A stretch of 60,677 bases of DNA, the filler included, from Sluysia triapertura (Eukaryota): the NCBI GenBank assembly GCA_046118255.1. It is 5 parts of 5 records of this genome, joined end to end, with 100 filler letters (N's around TTAATTAATTAA, not from the genome) between each part and the next. Parts side by side here need not be neighbours in the genome. Positions count along the whole stretch, not along the records: positions 1 to 12,862 come from JBJNIA010077161.1; 4 more parts are not named here. One strand, given 5' to 3'. Under the pieces are notes generated by a model. That model was not told the DNA's origin, searched no databases, and saw only the letters and a program-made list of their open reading frames with translations. Made by a program: the position numbers and the translations under genes. Shown in pieces: positions 1 through 12,962 of the stretch (its first letter is position 1; every line of letters begins with the position of its first letter).

Positions 1-110
1 AATTGATATTTACACTTTTTAACAATACAATTAATATTTTCTTCCATGTTCATTTTTGAATCCATATAACAACCTAAGTTTCATTATTTTTGTTATGTAC
101 TTTTTATTTA
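1..110 (-). mobile_element. L2-clade LINE fragment (RT thumb region), truncated by window start
   Basis: Minus strand reads NLGCYMDSKMNMEE, then after a frameshift NINCIVKKCKYQ, resembling the L2 NLGV.FD..L.M..HI..I.K.C motif. Near-identical to 55291-55335 (ttcttccatgttcatttttgaatccatataaca) inside the longer L2 copy. Confidence 0.75.
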
Positions 111-737
111 AAATTACAAAGTATATTTTGCATAATTCAAGTATGCAAAAAATACTTCAAAATTATCTTTTTCTAAATTTAATTAAAGTGCAATATAACT
201 AGAAGGAAATGCAGTAGAGAATAAGGAAATAAAAATGTATAAAATATGTTAATACTTTTGAAGAAAAACGCTTATTATATATCTTTATTATCATTTTGTT
301 TTGTAATTATTACTTCACACGTAGCGCAGTATTGCATTATTTGAAAGTTTTTTTATGAAATGAATATGCAACAAAATTTTGACGTTGTGGGCTAACGCTT
401 ACCATAAAAAGTAAGCAATACAATGCTTCTGAAGCACGAGTGTAATATTTTATCAATTAATATTTTTGTGAACAAAAACTCAGTGGTAGTACATAAGTTT
501 TACAAAAAATATCTCGACATACAGGCTAGGAGTGAAAAATTTTAAAAAAATAATATTTTAGTAAAACGTGTTGAAGAAAAATCATTAAATTACTCTAATA
601 AAATTATTTATTTATTATCCAATTCATTATCAGTGCAAAATCGATGAAAATCTGACTTAAATTCATCTAAAAATCCTAAAGTATTTACTAGTTCATTGTT
701 TCAAATGAAACCACGACATACTGAGATGTGTCTTTAT

Positions 738-1277
738 CAAGGTCGGATAAAGGTCGGGCAAGCCAGGCGACTGCCGGGGCGCCGATATAAAAATAAAATA
801 TTTTTTATATTCCTTATTTTTTAAGATTTTATAAATTAAAATCGATCATATTTCATGAGACATCGATTTTTTTAGCAAGCAATAAATCTTTTTCTTTAAT
901 ACCAAATAAAGGTCACAACGCTAATTATATTAATATTGTAAAGAGATTTAATAATTGTAATATTAATCATAAGAAAATATATTTGTATAGTCAGAATTCA
1001 AAATGGCTCAAAAAAGATTAATTAGACAAAAACAAAAATTAACTAATCAAAATAAAGAAACCTAAGAATTTTTCTGGATTTTATCACATAACATTGATTC
1101 GGAAAAATGATTTTTTATCTCTAAAAATTTTATTTTTACACAGTTCTTTATTGTGTAATTTTGATTTTTTTCCCTTTTTACTATTTTTTAAATTTGCAGT
1201 AAATTTGTATACTCTTGTATGAAATGGCGCCAAATTTTGTTTTTCCCGGGGCACTCAAAACCCTAGATCCGGCCTTG
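738..1277. mobile_element. Non-autonomous hAT-type MITE (~540 bp)
   Basis: TIRs CAAGGTCGGAT...ATCCGGCCTTG (10/11 match). 8-bp flanks GTCTTTAT (730-737) and ATCTTTAT (1278-1285) match 7/8. GC-rich subterminal GGCGCC/CCCGGGGC motifs at both ends. Confidence 0.8.
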
Positions 1278-2032
1278 ATCTTTATAATGAGTATCATTTA
1301 TGCCGTGATAGTGGAGACTGACGTATTCCTAAATGATAAGCATCTAGAAACTCGTTTGTTATTTTTAGGTCGATTTATAGTTTATTTGTTCTTGATAAGG
1401 AGAAAATTAATTAATTTTAAAGTTTTATTTCATTAATATATTTGAAATGTAACACTTTTCGAGGAAGATACTCAAATAATTCGAACTTACCGCAGGAATT
1501 GTAAAAAACATGGCAGTAAATATAACACAAGTGACACAAATTAATTTCCCACACCAAGTGACTGGAAAAATATCACCGTAACCGATTGTTGAAATTGTAA
1601 TCTGTAATGAATAAAAATCAAAAACAATTTACTTATAATTTGTAAATAAGAGGTTTGTATCGACCTAAGGTCCGGAAACAAATGGATAAAAGTGAAATTT
1701 TTGGGACTAATAATTTTAATATTCAAAAATGAAAAAATTTATGAAAAAATTTACCATCAAAAAATATTATTACCGTATATATACTGTGTGGTGCATAACT
1801 GTATAAGGTCGTTATAAATTGCAGAAATCGGAATAGTTTATAATTTATTACTTTAGTTTTGCTTTAATCTCAGAAAATGATATATAAATATTCTGACGTC
1901 CGTTGCATGCATTTTAGGATTTAGTTTTGGTCAGTTATTTCCTGTTTAAAGTTGTAGTAGTATTGTCGATTGTACTGTACGTGCGGGTTTAGTATAAAAA
2001 AGGTTAAATCCGTTAAAACTGTGATCAGGGCA

Positions 2033-2700
2033 TAGGGATAAAGTACCCCAAACGGGGCCAACGTGAAATTTTTTTGGGTAGTGAAATAAAAGTTATCCAA
2101 CCAAATTGATTTCGTGCTTCTGTTTTTCGTTACAACAGATAATAATCATATACTCAATTACGTCTTTATTGTTTGTAAAATGAGAAGAGTTGCAATTTTT
2201 ATTTATTGCTGTGCATTAAAAATGTGGAAATATTTAAATAAAAGTAGTATAAATATTTTAAGAGTAGTATAAATATAAATAAGGTGGACTAAATAACTAT
2301 TGAAAAAAGATTTTCATTCCAAAATGTGGCATTTATCAGATTTTGTAATGCAATTTAGTATGAAAATCACGGAAACTAGATAGTACAAAATGAATTAGTG
2401 TTGGGCCAAATAAAGCCATTCAATTGAATAATAGTTTCATTTGCAAAATTCACCAGAAAGAATTCATCATTTGAAACAGAATTCATTGGGTTGGGTATTT
2501 TACATTCTTCTCTAACCCATTTTGAAATAAGATATTTGTTCAAAAATTAATTTAGAAATGACCTTTTTGAAAAATAATATATTAGATTGGGTATTGTCAA
2601 TATTTAGAGTCTTTTATCACTTCCGAGGTTGGCGGCGATTTTAATGATTTTTCGAAAAAGAAAATAATTTTCTAAAAAGGAAACTGACTAGAATTAATAT
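2033..2700 (+). mobile_element. Possible decayed pogo/Tigger-like DNA transposon end with HTH-CENPB remnant
   Basis: TA-GGGATAAAGTACCCCAAACGGGGCC resembles a transposon terminus. Downstream frame LKNNILDWVLSIFR..FRGWRRF**FFEKENNFLKRKLT loosely resembles pogo HTH motifs (L..W..R; GW..RF..R...R..T). No second TIR found. Confidence 0.3.
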
Positions 2701-3443
2701 TTATTAGTTTCAACTAACAATCAGAAGCAATTCAAAAACACAACCAGAAAAGATTATTTACCGTCTTCACTGTTACCGATTGATTCAACGTCATCTTGAA
2801 TTTATTTCGAAATAAATTTTTGATCATTGAATGTTTGAATTGAAGCTTGTTTTCTTGATAATAATAATAGGTTTATTATTTTAAGTTGATTTGACTTCGC
2901 TCAAATCTTAAAATCCAGAAAAGTTCATTTTAGTAAAACTTCTGCTCGATTTAATCACTTTAAATTAAATAAGTAAACGAAATCAAGAGCTCAAAACTTT
3001 TAATTTTTCATATTTAAGGTTTATTTTGACTAAATTATGATTAATTCGTTTCTCTTTTATATTTTGCTTTTATCTATTTTAATAATGAAATTGTTTACTT
3101 TTTATTTGTTCCTGAAATTGACCAATTGAATTTTACTATAATCTTTGATCAAACTATTAATTTAAGTATCGAGTTTTTTGTTTTTTTTTCGGTGAATAAT
3201 TTTAGTTACATAGTTATGCATTAATATATTTATAATTACGCAATGATATAATTAAATTTATGAAATACGTAATGGATAATGGATAACTGCAAATTTCATC
3301 AAAGAAGAGAAAATTTCTTCAATCAATTGAAGAATTCTTTAGCTGTTTTAAATATATTATTGCATAATTTTAAATATATTAATGCATAACCCTGTAATAT
3401 TGTGCTTGATTTTTTATTAGCTTGTGAATAAAGAATGAATGCA

Positions 3444-3490
3444 GTGAGTCCACCAACGTACTAGTCTTACCGGTTATGGCTAACCGTTGG
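3444..3490 (+). repeat. Dispersed palindromic motif, copy 1
   Basis: gtgagtccaCCAACGtactagtcttACCGGTtatggctaacCGTTGG; a reverse-complement copy lies at 44766-44812. Confidence 0.8.
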
Positions 3491-6177
3491 TTAATTTATT
3501 TATAATTTCTTTTAATAAAAATTATCTGATAATTTTGCAATTTGGTTTAAATCAAAAAGTTTATAGGTAATTTTTATTTGATTCTTATAATGAACCAAAA
3601 ATTGAGAAAAGATTTTCATGTGGTTCTTAAATGTGAACAACAAATCGATTTTAAACCAGTTATCGTTAAATTTACTGGTTATAAAATAATAAAGTTTTGA
3701 GTTAATAAGAAGTTGTATTAACACAATAACAAAAAATAAAATGAGGATAAAATGTAATTTACAAAGATTATTAAGATAATCTTATTAGATAAATTTTAAA
3801 CAATATTTTAATTAGTTATAAATATTCAAAAGATTTTAAGTAATATTTTATAAGTAATAGTAAAAATTATTCAATAGTAAAAATTAAACTAACGATTGAA
3901 AAAATCACTAATAATGTCTTCTTCTGGTAGAAAACTTTTGGAAAGAATCAAAAATTGCTGGTATATTGTTAACTGAGAAAGGCGTTAAACAAAGTCAATG
4001 TCAAAATTTGTGTGTGGAACGTGAATTTTACCGATTTTAAATAGTAAAACTTTGACCTTAAAGGTCAATATAAGATTTTTTAAAATAAAATTTAATAATT
4101 TTCATAAATAAAATTTAATAATTATCATAATCCCAGAAGAGTAATTAATTTAAAACACTTTACTTTAAAATCATTAGATACTGACTTTAAAATATTAATA
4201 TTATTTTAATTTCCATAATTTAAAAGTTAAATATTGTTAAAATAAATGCTATTATTATATTTTTACATACAAATCAATATTTGCATTTGTAATGTAACAT
4301 AAAATTAAACATAAATTGTAAGATTATTTGTTGCGAATTAGTAGTATAAAAGATTGAAATTCAAGAAGTGCACCATTGTTACAGTGTTTAAAATAGTAGC
4401 ATCTGTGTTACGTCTTGTTTCTATAGCTACAGATACAACTGTTTCATGCCTTATGTCATGGACTTTAACCGAACCAATTAAATAACCACACCGTTTAAGA
4501 ATTTTTTTTAATTGTTAAAATCCTTGTAATTTGTCAAACCGAATATATAACGGCAACAACTATCCATATTTCAGAATCCTAATATACGAAAGGATTTTAA
4601 TTAAAATCAAATAAATTTAAATGTATTAACCATTTGTGTACACGGTAGTAAATTCAAGATTATAACAACAACCAATTTTACAGCTCGTAAATTCACAATT
4701 TCTAGATCCAGGTTAAAGAAGATCATACATTAGCTCATATAATATAATTTCGCTTTACTAGCGGAAATTTAATCTTTTATTTTATATTGCATTTAACCCC
4801 ATAACAATTAATTTGTTTAGAAAAATTATATTAATTTTTTGAAGTAAATCTGTTATTAGTTTGATTAACTACATCTTTGTAATTTATCCCAATTAGTTAC
4901 AAATTTGAAAAAACCTAAGAGACCATACTGCATTACAGTGAAGCTAGATTATTACGTTTACCATTCGACCTTTATAAGTTATATTTAATATTTAAAATCC
5001 TACTGATTAGCCCTTAAGTTTATAAATCGAGGATCAGAGCCAGACTCATAACAGAATATTTTATTGGTGTTAGAAAAAATATAGAATCCATCATACAACT
5101 ACACAGTTTAAGTAAAATATCAGAAATTTATTAGCTTAAAGAAATACATTTGGTTCCATTAATTTACAAATTTACTTTTTTTGTCTTTATAAACACCTTC
5201 TGCATAAAATTCATACTTACTAAACCCCAATAAAGAGCATCAGCATAAGACTGAAAATTTTCACTAGGACCATTAATATTTTCTACTAAATACATCAAGT
5301 ATGATGAGAAAAATAGACATATGGCACATATGAAATATGTGGCTTCTAATTCCTAAATCTAACAATAATAATTATAATCTTATAACCTTTCTATGTAAAT
5401 AAACAGCTCTTAAAAGTAAATTCCAAGAATTGCCACATCTTTCAGCTTTAATAATTCGAAATATTTGTATTATACCTAGCATTCTAAATAAATGGATAAT
5501 ATATAAAATATTTTATGATCAATTTTGATAAATTATTAATGAATAATTTAAAAATAACTTTGATGATACGTCAACTTGCTTAGTTTATTCGTTTTAGATA
5601 TCAGTTTTATTATTAAATTGAGGAAGATACTCTTTCCACTTAAATATCACAAAAATATACCAATTACAATTAAAAAAATGCTTATTGTCTAAATTAGATT
5701 TTGTATTCCAGGTAAAATTATTATTCACTTACGGTTCCTACCGAACTTCAATTCATATTAAAATAAGAATTCGGCCACTTACCATGATTATAATATATCA
5801 CATACGCTACGTACATACTCGAAAAATGGTTCACAAAACAATGAATGAATAGAGAAACTTATATTGATGCTCATGGTGCTTGTAGTACTTTAAAACGGAA
5901 GGCAACATCAATTTTATATTAAGAAAATATATATTATATCAAATATAGAATTACATTTATAAACATTATTATGATAAGTAAAGGTTCCTCAAACGCTTCA
6001 AAAAAATATACCAGATCTTAATAATCAAAAAATTTATATAATAATTACTCAACTTTATGAGTTTTCATAATTGTATTAAAGGCGTTATGATTAACAAATT
6101 CTAGAATAAAGGAGGATTGAGCACTTGAAAGTTTTCTATGTTGTGAAAATTTAAAAATAAAATTTAATTTGGTTTAA

Positions 6178-6237
6178 CCTTTTCGGGACGTTACTCAAAT
6201 ATCGCCTTACAAATGTGTACTGATGGTACCGAAAAGG
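6178..6237. mobile_element. 60-bp miniature piggyBac-like element
   Basis: TTAA|CCTTTTCGGGAC...GTACCGAAAAGG|TTAA: 12-bp TIR (11/12 match) starting CC, flanked by TTAA at 6174-6177 and 6238-6241. Confidence 0.7.
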
Positions 6238-6429
6238 TTAATATTATTATTTTGTTACCACAAATTTTTAAAAAGTTTCAGAGATTACAAAGAATTATAG
6301 TTTTAAGGAAAATAAAGAATTTAAAAAAGATTAATAAGATAATATAAATATTATGATTTAGTAAGGAGCTTAAAAAATTCAAAGTTTTAAGTCTTCAAAG
6401 AGATATTTTAAAGAAGTAAAAAAAGATAT

Positions 6430-6840
6430 TTAAATACTATGATTCAGTTTGTGAGGAAGGTGATATTACATTGTGCGATTCGTACCTGTTAATCCAACGT
6501 GATGTACTTCGATGTGATTACAATACAAATAAGAGGACATGTGGATTGCTTGCTCTTAATAATTTTAAAATAAATAATAATTTATTTAAAGTCACTCCAG
6601 AAAGTTCAAGCTTCGTAGAAAATCTAAGACCTATTATATTTAAATTTCTGTCAAAAAGTTTTCTAAGTCGCTTTTATGATTCTGATTCGCCGTAGTCGAA
6701 TTTCAAAGAATTGAGTTCGATATAGCATGAACCATTGCGATCAGAGAAATGGACTATTAGGTGTGAACTGTTAGCTCAGTCGAAGGATGTACAAGATCAA
6801 TTTCAGTTACCCGAATTCAGTTACCTTAATTCATTATGAT
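6430..6840 (+). pseudogene. Intronless decayed orphan ORF
   Basis: One frame reads ~135 codons with protein-like composition (YDSVCEEGDITLCDSY...DSDSP*SNFKELSSI*HEPLRSEKWTIRCELLAQ...), interrupted by 2 stops. No family recognised. Confidence 0.35.
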
Positions 6841-9689
6841 TATATGTAATTTGTTAGACTATTTAAGAAAATTTTATACATTTTTAGTAGTACTTGTTAG
6901 TGAGTATTATTTTGTAAAATTTTTCTTTCATTTTTAAATCAATTGCTTTAAGCACTTTAATAAAGTAATTAATTTGAATAAATTTAAGAGGATCCGTAAT
7001 TTGTTTGTTATTTAAATTAAACACAGTAACTCTACAACACACTGTACTAAACATTTTAATTCTACAGATCATCTAACAACTCAAACATTTTACATTTTAG
7101 AGCATTAAGTCTACTTCTTATCAACACATCCAAAAATAATCAAATAGTTCTTCATGCATTCTGTACTTTACTTTTTTAACATTCATTACGTTGTTTAGTC
7201 AATCAATTTTTCTCCACAACTTTAATTTGTTTAAACATCCAATCAGCACTATGGCCTCCAATCTTAAAATTTGTTAATCGATTATAATCGTGATCGCGAG
7301 AAGTGCGACTTCAAATTAGCAATGGTAAATGAATATCGTCGCACACCAGAAATTATGATTAATTTTCAAGGTGATTGAACAGCTAGAAATATACGTTCTA
7401 TTATTTGTATATTGTATCGATTTTTGATGATGTGTCTTATTTTTCTTAAAGGATAGATCATATCCCTATTATAAAAAGTAAAATCAGTTTTAAGGCAAAT
7501 TGAATACGAATTATCTGGTACTAAGAGTGAAATAAATCTGAAGATATTAAGTAACACACGCGAAGCATATTCAAATTCAACTATATCCACTTGGCATAAC
7601 AACATTTCATTCATAACATAGACACCCAGAGTCATCACATTCTACATTATAATGCTCTCATTTTTATCAAAATTTTCTTCATGAAGTTAATAGACCACTT
7701 TAATTTTTTAAATGTGAAATAAATCTTCTTACTGATACAACGGAACAATTACCCGAATATTTTCAACACAATGAATTCCTAGCATTACACAGAATTGTTG
7801 AAAAGGTCATTAAAATATTAAAATGCACAGTATAAATATTTGATTATTACTTTTTGAGACAACTGCGAATTTTTAAAATATTGTAACGTTATAATTTTTA
7901 TATATATGTAAATTTATAATTTGTGTTTATTATATTTCATATTTTTATGGATTATAAAAATTAAAATATTATTAAAAATAATGTAAATTATTATTATTAA
8001 AAAAATAATAATAAATTTTTCATTAAAAATCATATTTAAAAAATTAAAAGAACCATCTGGAAAACATTTGTTTATATTAATCAAAAAAATTTAAAATGGC
8101 TTTATCACAAAAATTAATATAAAAACAAAGAAAGAGATAAAGCAAAGCAACAAGTAATCGACACAAATATTAAACAAAGAAGTTACAAAGAAATGCAGAT
8201 AAAGACAAATTAATAAAATCTTAGCAGAAGACAAAATATTCAACGACAAGACAAAGACAAATTAATAATATCGGAATAGAATATTAAAGTGTTTAACGAC
8301 AATTCCAGGAAACCGACATCAAATACAATTGCGGATATCCATCGATTTAATTCAATTATTTATATACAAGTAGTAAGTCTAATTTATATAGATTTAAACT
8401 CGAACAGAGTCATAAACTATTACTTAAAATCTTTTATTGGTCCATAAGGCCAATAATAAAATCTTTCTAAATTAATTAAAATCCGAAACCGAACCTGTCA
8501 TAGACTAGGTTTCTTTAAAGAAAAAATATTATATTATCATTATTATTTTGATTATACTATTGTTAATTGAATTTTGATATTTGCTTATAAATTAATTGTA
8601 TATATTTTTACGTAATATTGCTTTTTTAGAAATCTTTATTGTTAATAATAAACCTTAAAGTTTTTGTTATTCAATTTTGATAATTGATAAGTTGGTCCTC
8701 ATAGTAAATAATTTAGATTATTTGAAATAATAATTTTGGTAAAGTTAAGCATACATATATATACATTTAATCACGTTAAGTTTCTAAAGATTTAAAATAC
8801 TAGACAAATTCGATAAATTTAACCTTATTGCAGTTTTTGTTAGTAACTATTCGTGTAGATTACGAATTTTCTTGAATTACTCTTATTTCACGCATCTGCA
8901 ACCACGCCATTTGTAAGTCGTGTAAAATAGACGAACCTTCTCATTCCATTTTGCTGCTTTGGTAAGGCTAAGTTATATAAAAGACCACAGCAATATTGCT
9001 ATAAAATGTGCTCCTTTTTGATATTTGTAATTTTTATTAGCTTTAGTTCAAAGAAATTAAGCAGATTAAAGTATAGTCAATGGATGGACGCCGAGGAATG
9101 GTAGTGGTCACACTGAGTAACTGAAGTTGAAATATGGGTTTATCACAGAAAGCACACCAAATCTGTGAAACCTAGTAAAACGTCTAAAAGATTTCTCTTA
9201 ATAACTGTGGACTGTGTAATTACCATCTTATGTTCGTTCTAAATTTAATCATCGAGTTTCAAAAATTTTAGAATTGATTACATATTAGATTTAGATTTTA
9301 AATTAAATAATAATAATTTACTGCAAGGCATTTTTTGACAGGCCAAAATTGCGATAATTCGTTAAAGTCAGATACGTAATGGTATTTGATAGGATTATTA
9401 AATCTAAATAAATAAAATAATGGAATAACAATGTCTAACCTATTATTGACATAAATTGAATTGCATAACGAAAACGGCCTTTAAATCCTTTATATTGAGG
9501 TAGATAACTACAAGACCATAATCTAAGGAAGTATTCGATAGTGTAAATCATAACCAAGACTATTTCCTAAACAATGAAATTAATGACACCACTTCGAAAT
9601 ATTATTATCAGATTTCAAATTTTTATAAAATATTTCGCTTGTATATTTAAATTTATATAAATTTAAACTCTTAAAAAGTACGAACATAA

Positions 9690-10260
9690 TATTAATTTTC
9701 CAAAAAAGAAAGTAACATTTTCTAAAAAAGAAATCGAAAATTCTGATTGGTTGATGACTACCATGTGTACTGGAATCATTTTATTTTAAAACACAATTTA
9801 ATAGCATGGTTTTAATGATGTAATAGGAGTAAACGATTTTCAAAAGGATTACGGTAATTTTTATGCCAATTCAACAATTTAATATCGACTGCAGCATTCA
9901 TATTTAGTTTTTCCATCAGAATTTAGGAAACTATTTTCTAATAAGGTTATTTTAACTCTGGGAATTAAAACTTTAAACTACACAAAAATTCAATTTCAAT
10001 TTACTGATGGGCAAAATCATTTCTGAAATATATTTATAAAAATTGAAGACCTTAAGAAGATTTTTTAATTTTAAATTGTTTTATTTTTTATTTCTTTTAC
10101 TCTAATTGCTGCTTTACTATTAAGAACAATTTGTAACTAATTAAATAACCTTAATTTGTTCACAAAAGTTTAATTACATTAACATTTGCTTTTTGTTATT
10201 CGGTTGTCTGTAGCTCATTTGGAGGATCTTTTTTTCAAAATATCGAAGTTTTGACGATGA
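9690..10260 (+). repeat. Dispersed repeat family B (ATTGG/TATA-bearing), diverged copy
   Basis: Shares ttccaaaaaagaaa...ttctaaaa, ATTGGyTGATGACTA, gaattaaaactt and aaattgaagacc in the same order with 15880-16570. Confidence 0.6.
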
Positions 10261-10607
10261 TGTGTATTTAAAAAATGTATTATTTGAATTTTCTGAGGAA
10301 TAACATAATTATATTAAGACTCTGACTTTCTAGCAATTAAGATATATAAAGTACGTCGAAGAGTAATAAAATCGAAAATTACATTTTGGTTGTAATTCGA
10401 TTAATGAACCCCACCTAATTTTATGTTAAGAGTTAAGAAAACCACAACACAACTACAAAAGAATTAATTTTGTTGTATTTATAAAACTTTTTTATTTGAA
10501 ATCTATCAATATAAGCACGGAACAAATTAAATTTGTATGTGTAATTCAGATTTTAAAAGATATGTCTGGAAATTGAATATTCTAATTTTGAGTGGTTTAT
10601 TTTTTTG

Positions 10608-10765
10608 AAATGAGACAGTTTACAAATGATTGTGAAAGTATAAATCGGTTTTTGATGAAGAAAGGTCAGATAAATGCAAAGAAATGTGAGAAATGTCAAA
10701 AGAAAGCAGTCAACAGAGTAAATACGGTGAATTTCAATAAATCTGAAGGATATGTGTACCATCAT
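10608..10765 (+). mobile_element. Probable Merlin/ISXO2 (IS1595-like) transposase N-terminal zinc-ribbon relic
   Basis: INRFLMKKGQINAKKCEKCQKKAVNRVNTVNFNKSEGYVY matches the FL..KG.....C.KC..........S(D/E)GY pattern at the N-terminus of eukaryotic IS1595-like transposases. No DDE domain seen. Confidence 0.45.
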
Positions 10766-12862
10766 TTTGACAAAATCTCTGATACAACTGGAAAATATAT
10801 AATCTTTATTTCAATTAAACAAAGAATACTTGAAATAGTTATGCTGTATTTAATTTGGCAGAGCATAAATGTATAACAAAAAAGATTTTAATAAATCTTT
10901 GATGATTATTTCTGTGTACAAAGGTTTTTACTTTGAGTTCAAGTAAAATTTCTAACTGAATTTAATTATTGTGCTTAAATTTAAATTTGGTGGTTTTTAA
11001 ATACTTTTGCTTTTGTTTAAATTAAATAATTGCATTAAATAATAGTATTTTGTTTTTATATATTACCATGTATTAATTACTGAACTGAGTGTACATATAA
11101 GCGATCAGAAAAATACATAATTCATAATTCAGAACTCCTCAGTAGATAATATTATTAACAGTTGAAAATAATAACATTATTTGATTAAAAGGAATTATTG
11201 AAACTGTACAAATTGCTACGTCGTGTTTTAATAATTTGGTATAATAATCTAAAAGGATACTCTGCTACAAATTACTGTACCAAATCTTGCCATAACTCTG
11301 AAATTTTGTCGATAATTTTATTATATCAAGATTTTCACACGAATTTAATATGTATACAAAATATATTAAGTCATTGTATAAATCTTTACTTAACCATTTA
11401 ATTTACGGTTAATATAAATTTGTGATTTTAAAATTTATTATTCGAAGATCATTGTTAAATACAATAATCTTATTATTATATGAACAATTATACAAAGTGA
11501 TTACTATTAACGTTGATTTCCAAATCGACCTATATAATATTTTTTAACTGTAATAATCCCTGCTCTATTAAAGTTTCTATGATAAAAGTTTTATTAAATA
11601 AATAATAACAATTATCAGCGATTTTTACGATATATCAAGGATAAATTATCATAAATTACATAGTTATAATTTTCATTAAAATAATCGATATTGAATTGTT
11701 AATTATATTCCAAAATTTCATTTTTAAACGGGTTCTGCTTAAATAAAACCTAAGAAAAATCTGATTTGTAATTTAACTCATACAGTTATAAGATTTAAAA
11801 TAAATCAAATCTTGTTCTAAAGCGGACTTTGAATCATAATTATTTAAAGTTTTTTATTATTCCAGTTCAGACTAACTTGAAGGGTTAATAAACCATATTT
11901 CATAATTTACCTTCACTGCATTATTCTATTAGTTTTTCACATATCCTACGGTCTAGTCGTAACTGGTATACATATATTTATTTTATTTTACTACTGAACA
12001 TAAAAGTTATTTTGTTTTCGTACTATTTACAATTTATTAGGAGCGCTTTATTACTTACAATTTTAACATAGAAATCATTTTTCAAAATATTTTCTCTACA
12101 TTTTGTATATTAAAAATGTCTTTTTAAAAATAATGTTTTTTGTTTGTATGAATATTCACTTATTGTCGTAAATGTCTTTATAGAAAAATATGGATACAGT
12201 TAGTTTTTAAGAAAATTCAGTTAAACGAACATTCTTCATATTTATAAAATCGTATTTAATAATTCACTTAACAACAATCACACCATTCGATTTTCGATTG
12301 TAAAAACGACTACTTTTTAAAGTTTCTACAAAATTCATCAAAATAAAGCACTTTATTTCCCTAAATATTCGTATTTTCAATTGAAACTAAATTACAAAAT
12401 TCATCATTACTATTTGTAATAACATAGGTATGAATAATTGTAATTAACAAAAACTGCATAGATGATTTTATATTTTAATTACGTTTTAAATATAAAATTC
12501 AAATAAAACATACCAAAAAAGGAATAGCATATGGTATAAAAATACCTTCATCAATAGTTTTAATTGCACTTAAAATAAAACTTATTATTCCTAATAAAAA
12601 GCTAATTTTAATCAAAAATTGTCTATGTAAATAAACTTACATAAAAAAATGATAAATTAATTGCACTGATTCTGGTTTATCTAAAAATAAATAAACATTT
12701 TTTCTGACATTAATTCCAACAGATTCATTTTCTGACTTATATCTTTTACTATTTAAATCATTAAAAATCATAAGTTTTTTTATTTAAATTTGATTCACTT
12801 AGTTTTCACTTATTACCTTATTTATTAAAACAAATTATATATAATAGTATAAATAGTATATT

Positions 12863-12962
12863 NNNNNNNNNNNNNNNNNNNNNNNNNNNNNNNNNNNNNN
12901 NNNNNNTTAATTAATTAANNNNNNNNNNNNNNNNNNNNNNNNNNNNNNNNNNNNNNNNNNNN
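12863..12962. other. Artificial contig spacer (N44-TTAATTAATTAA-N44)
   Basis: 100-bp N run with a central six-frame stop linker; the same structure occurs 4 times. Confidence 0.99.

Noticed and set aside
8890-8962. RING-like CNHAICKSC peptide before a gtaagg donor
   Set aside because: In-frame stop just upstream with no acceptor, and only half a motif.
12863-12962. Repeated TTAATTAATTAA palindrome within N runs (4 times)
   Set aside because: Assembly linker with stops in all six frames; not biological.
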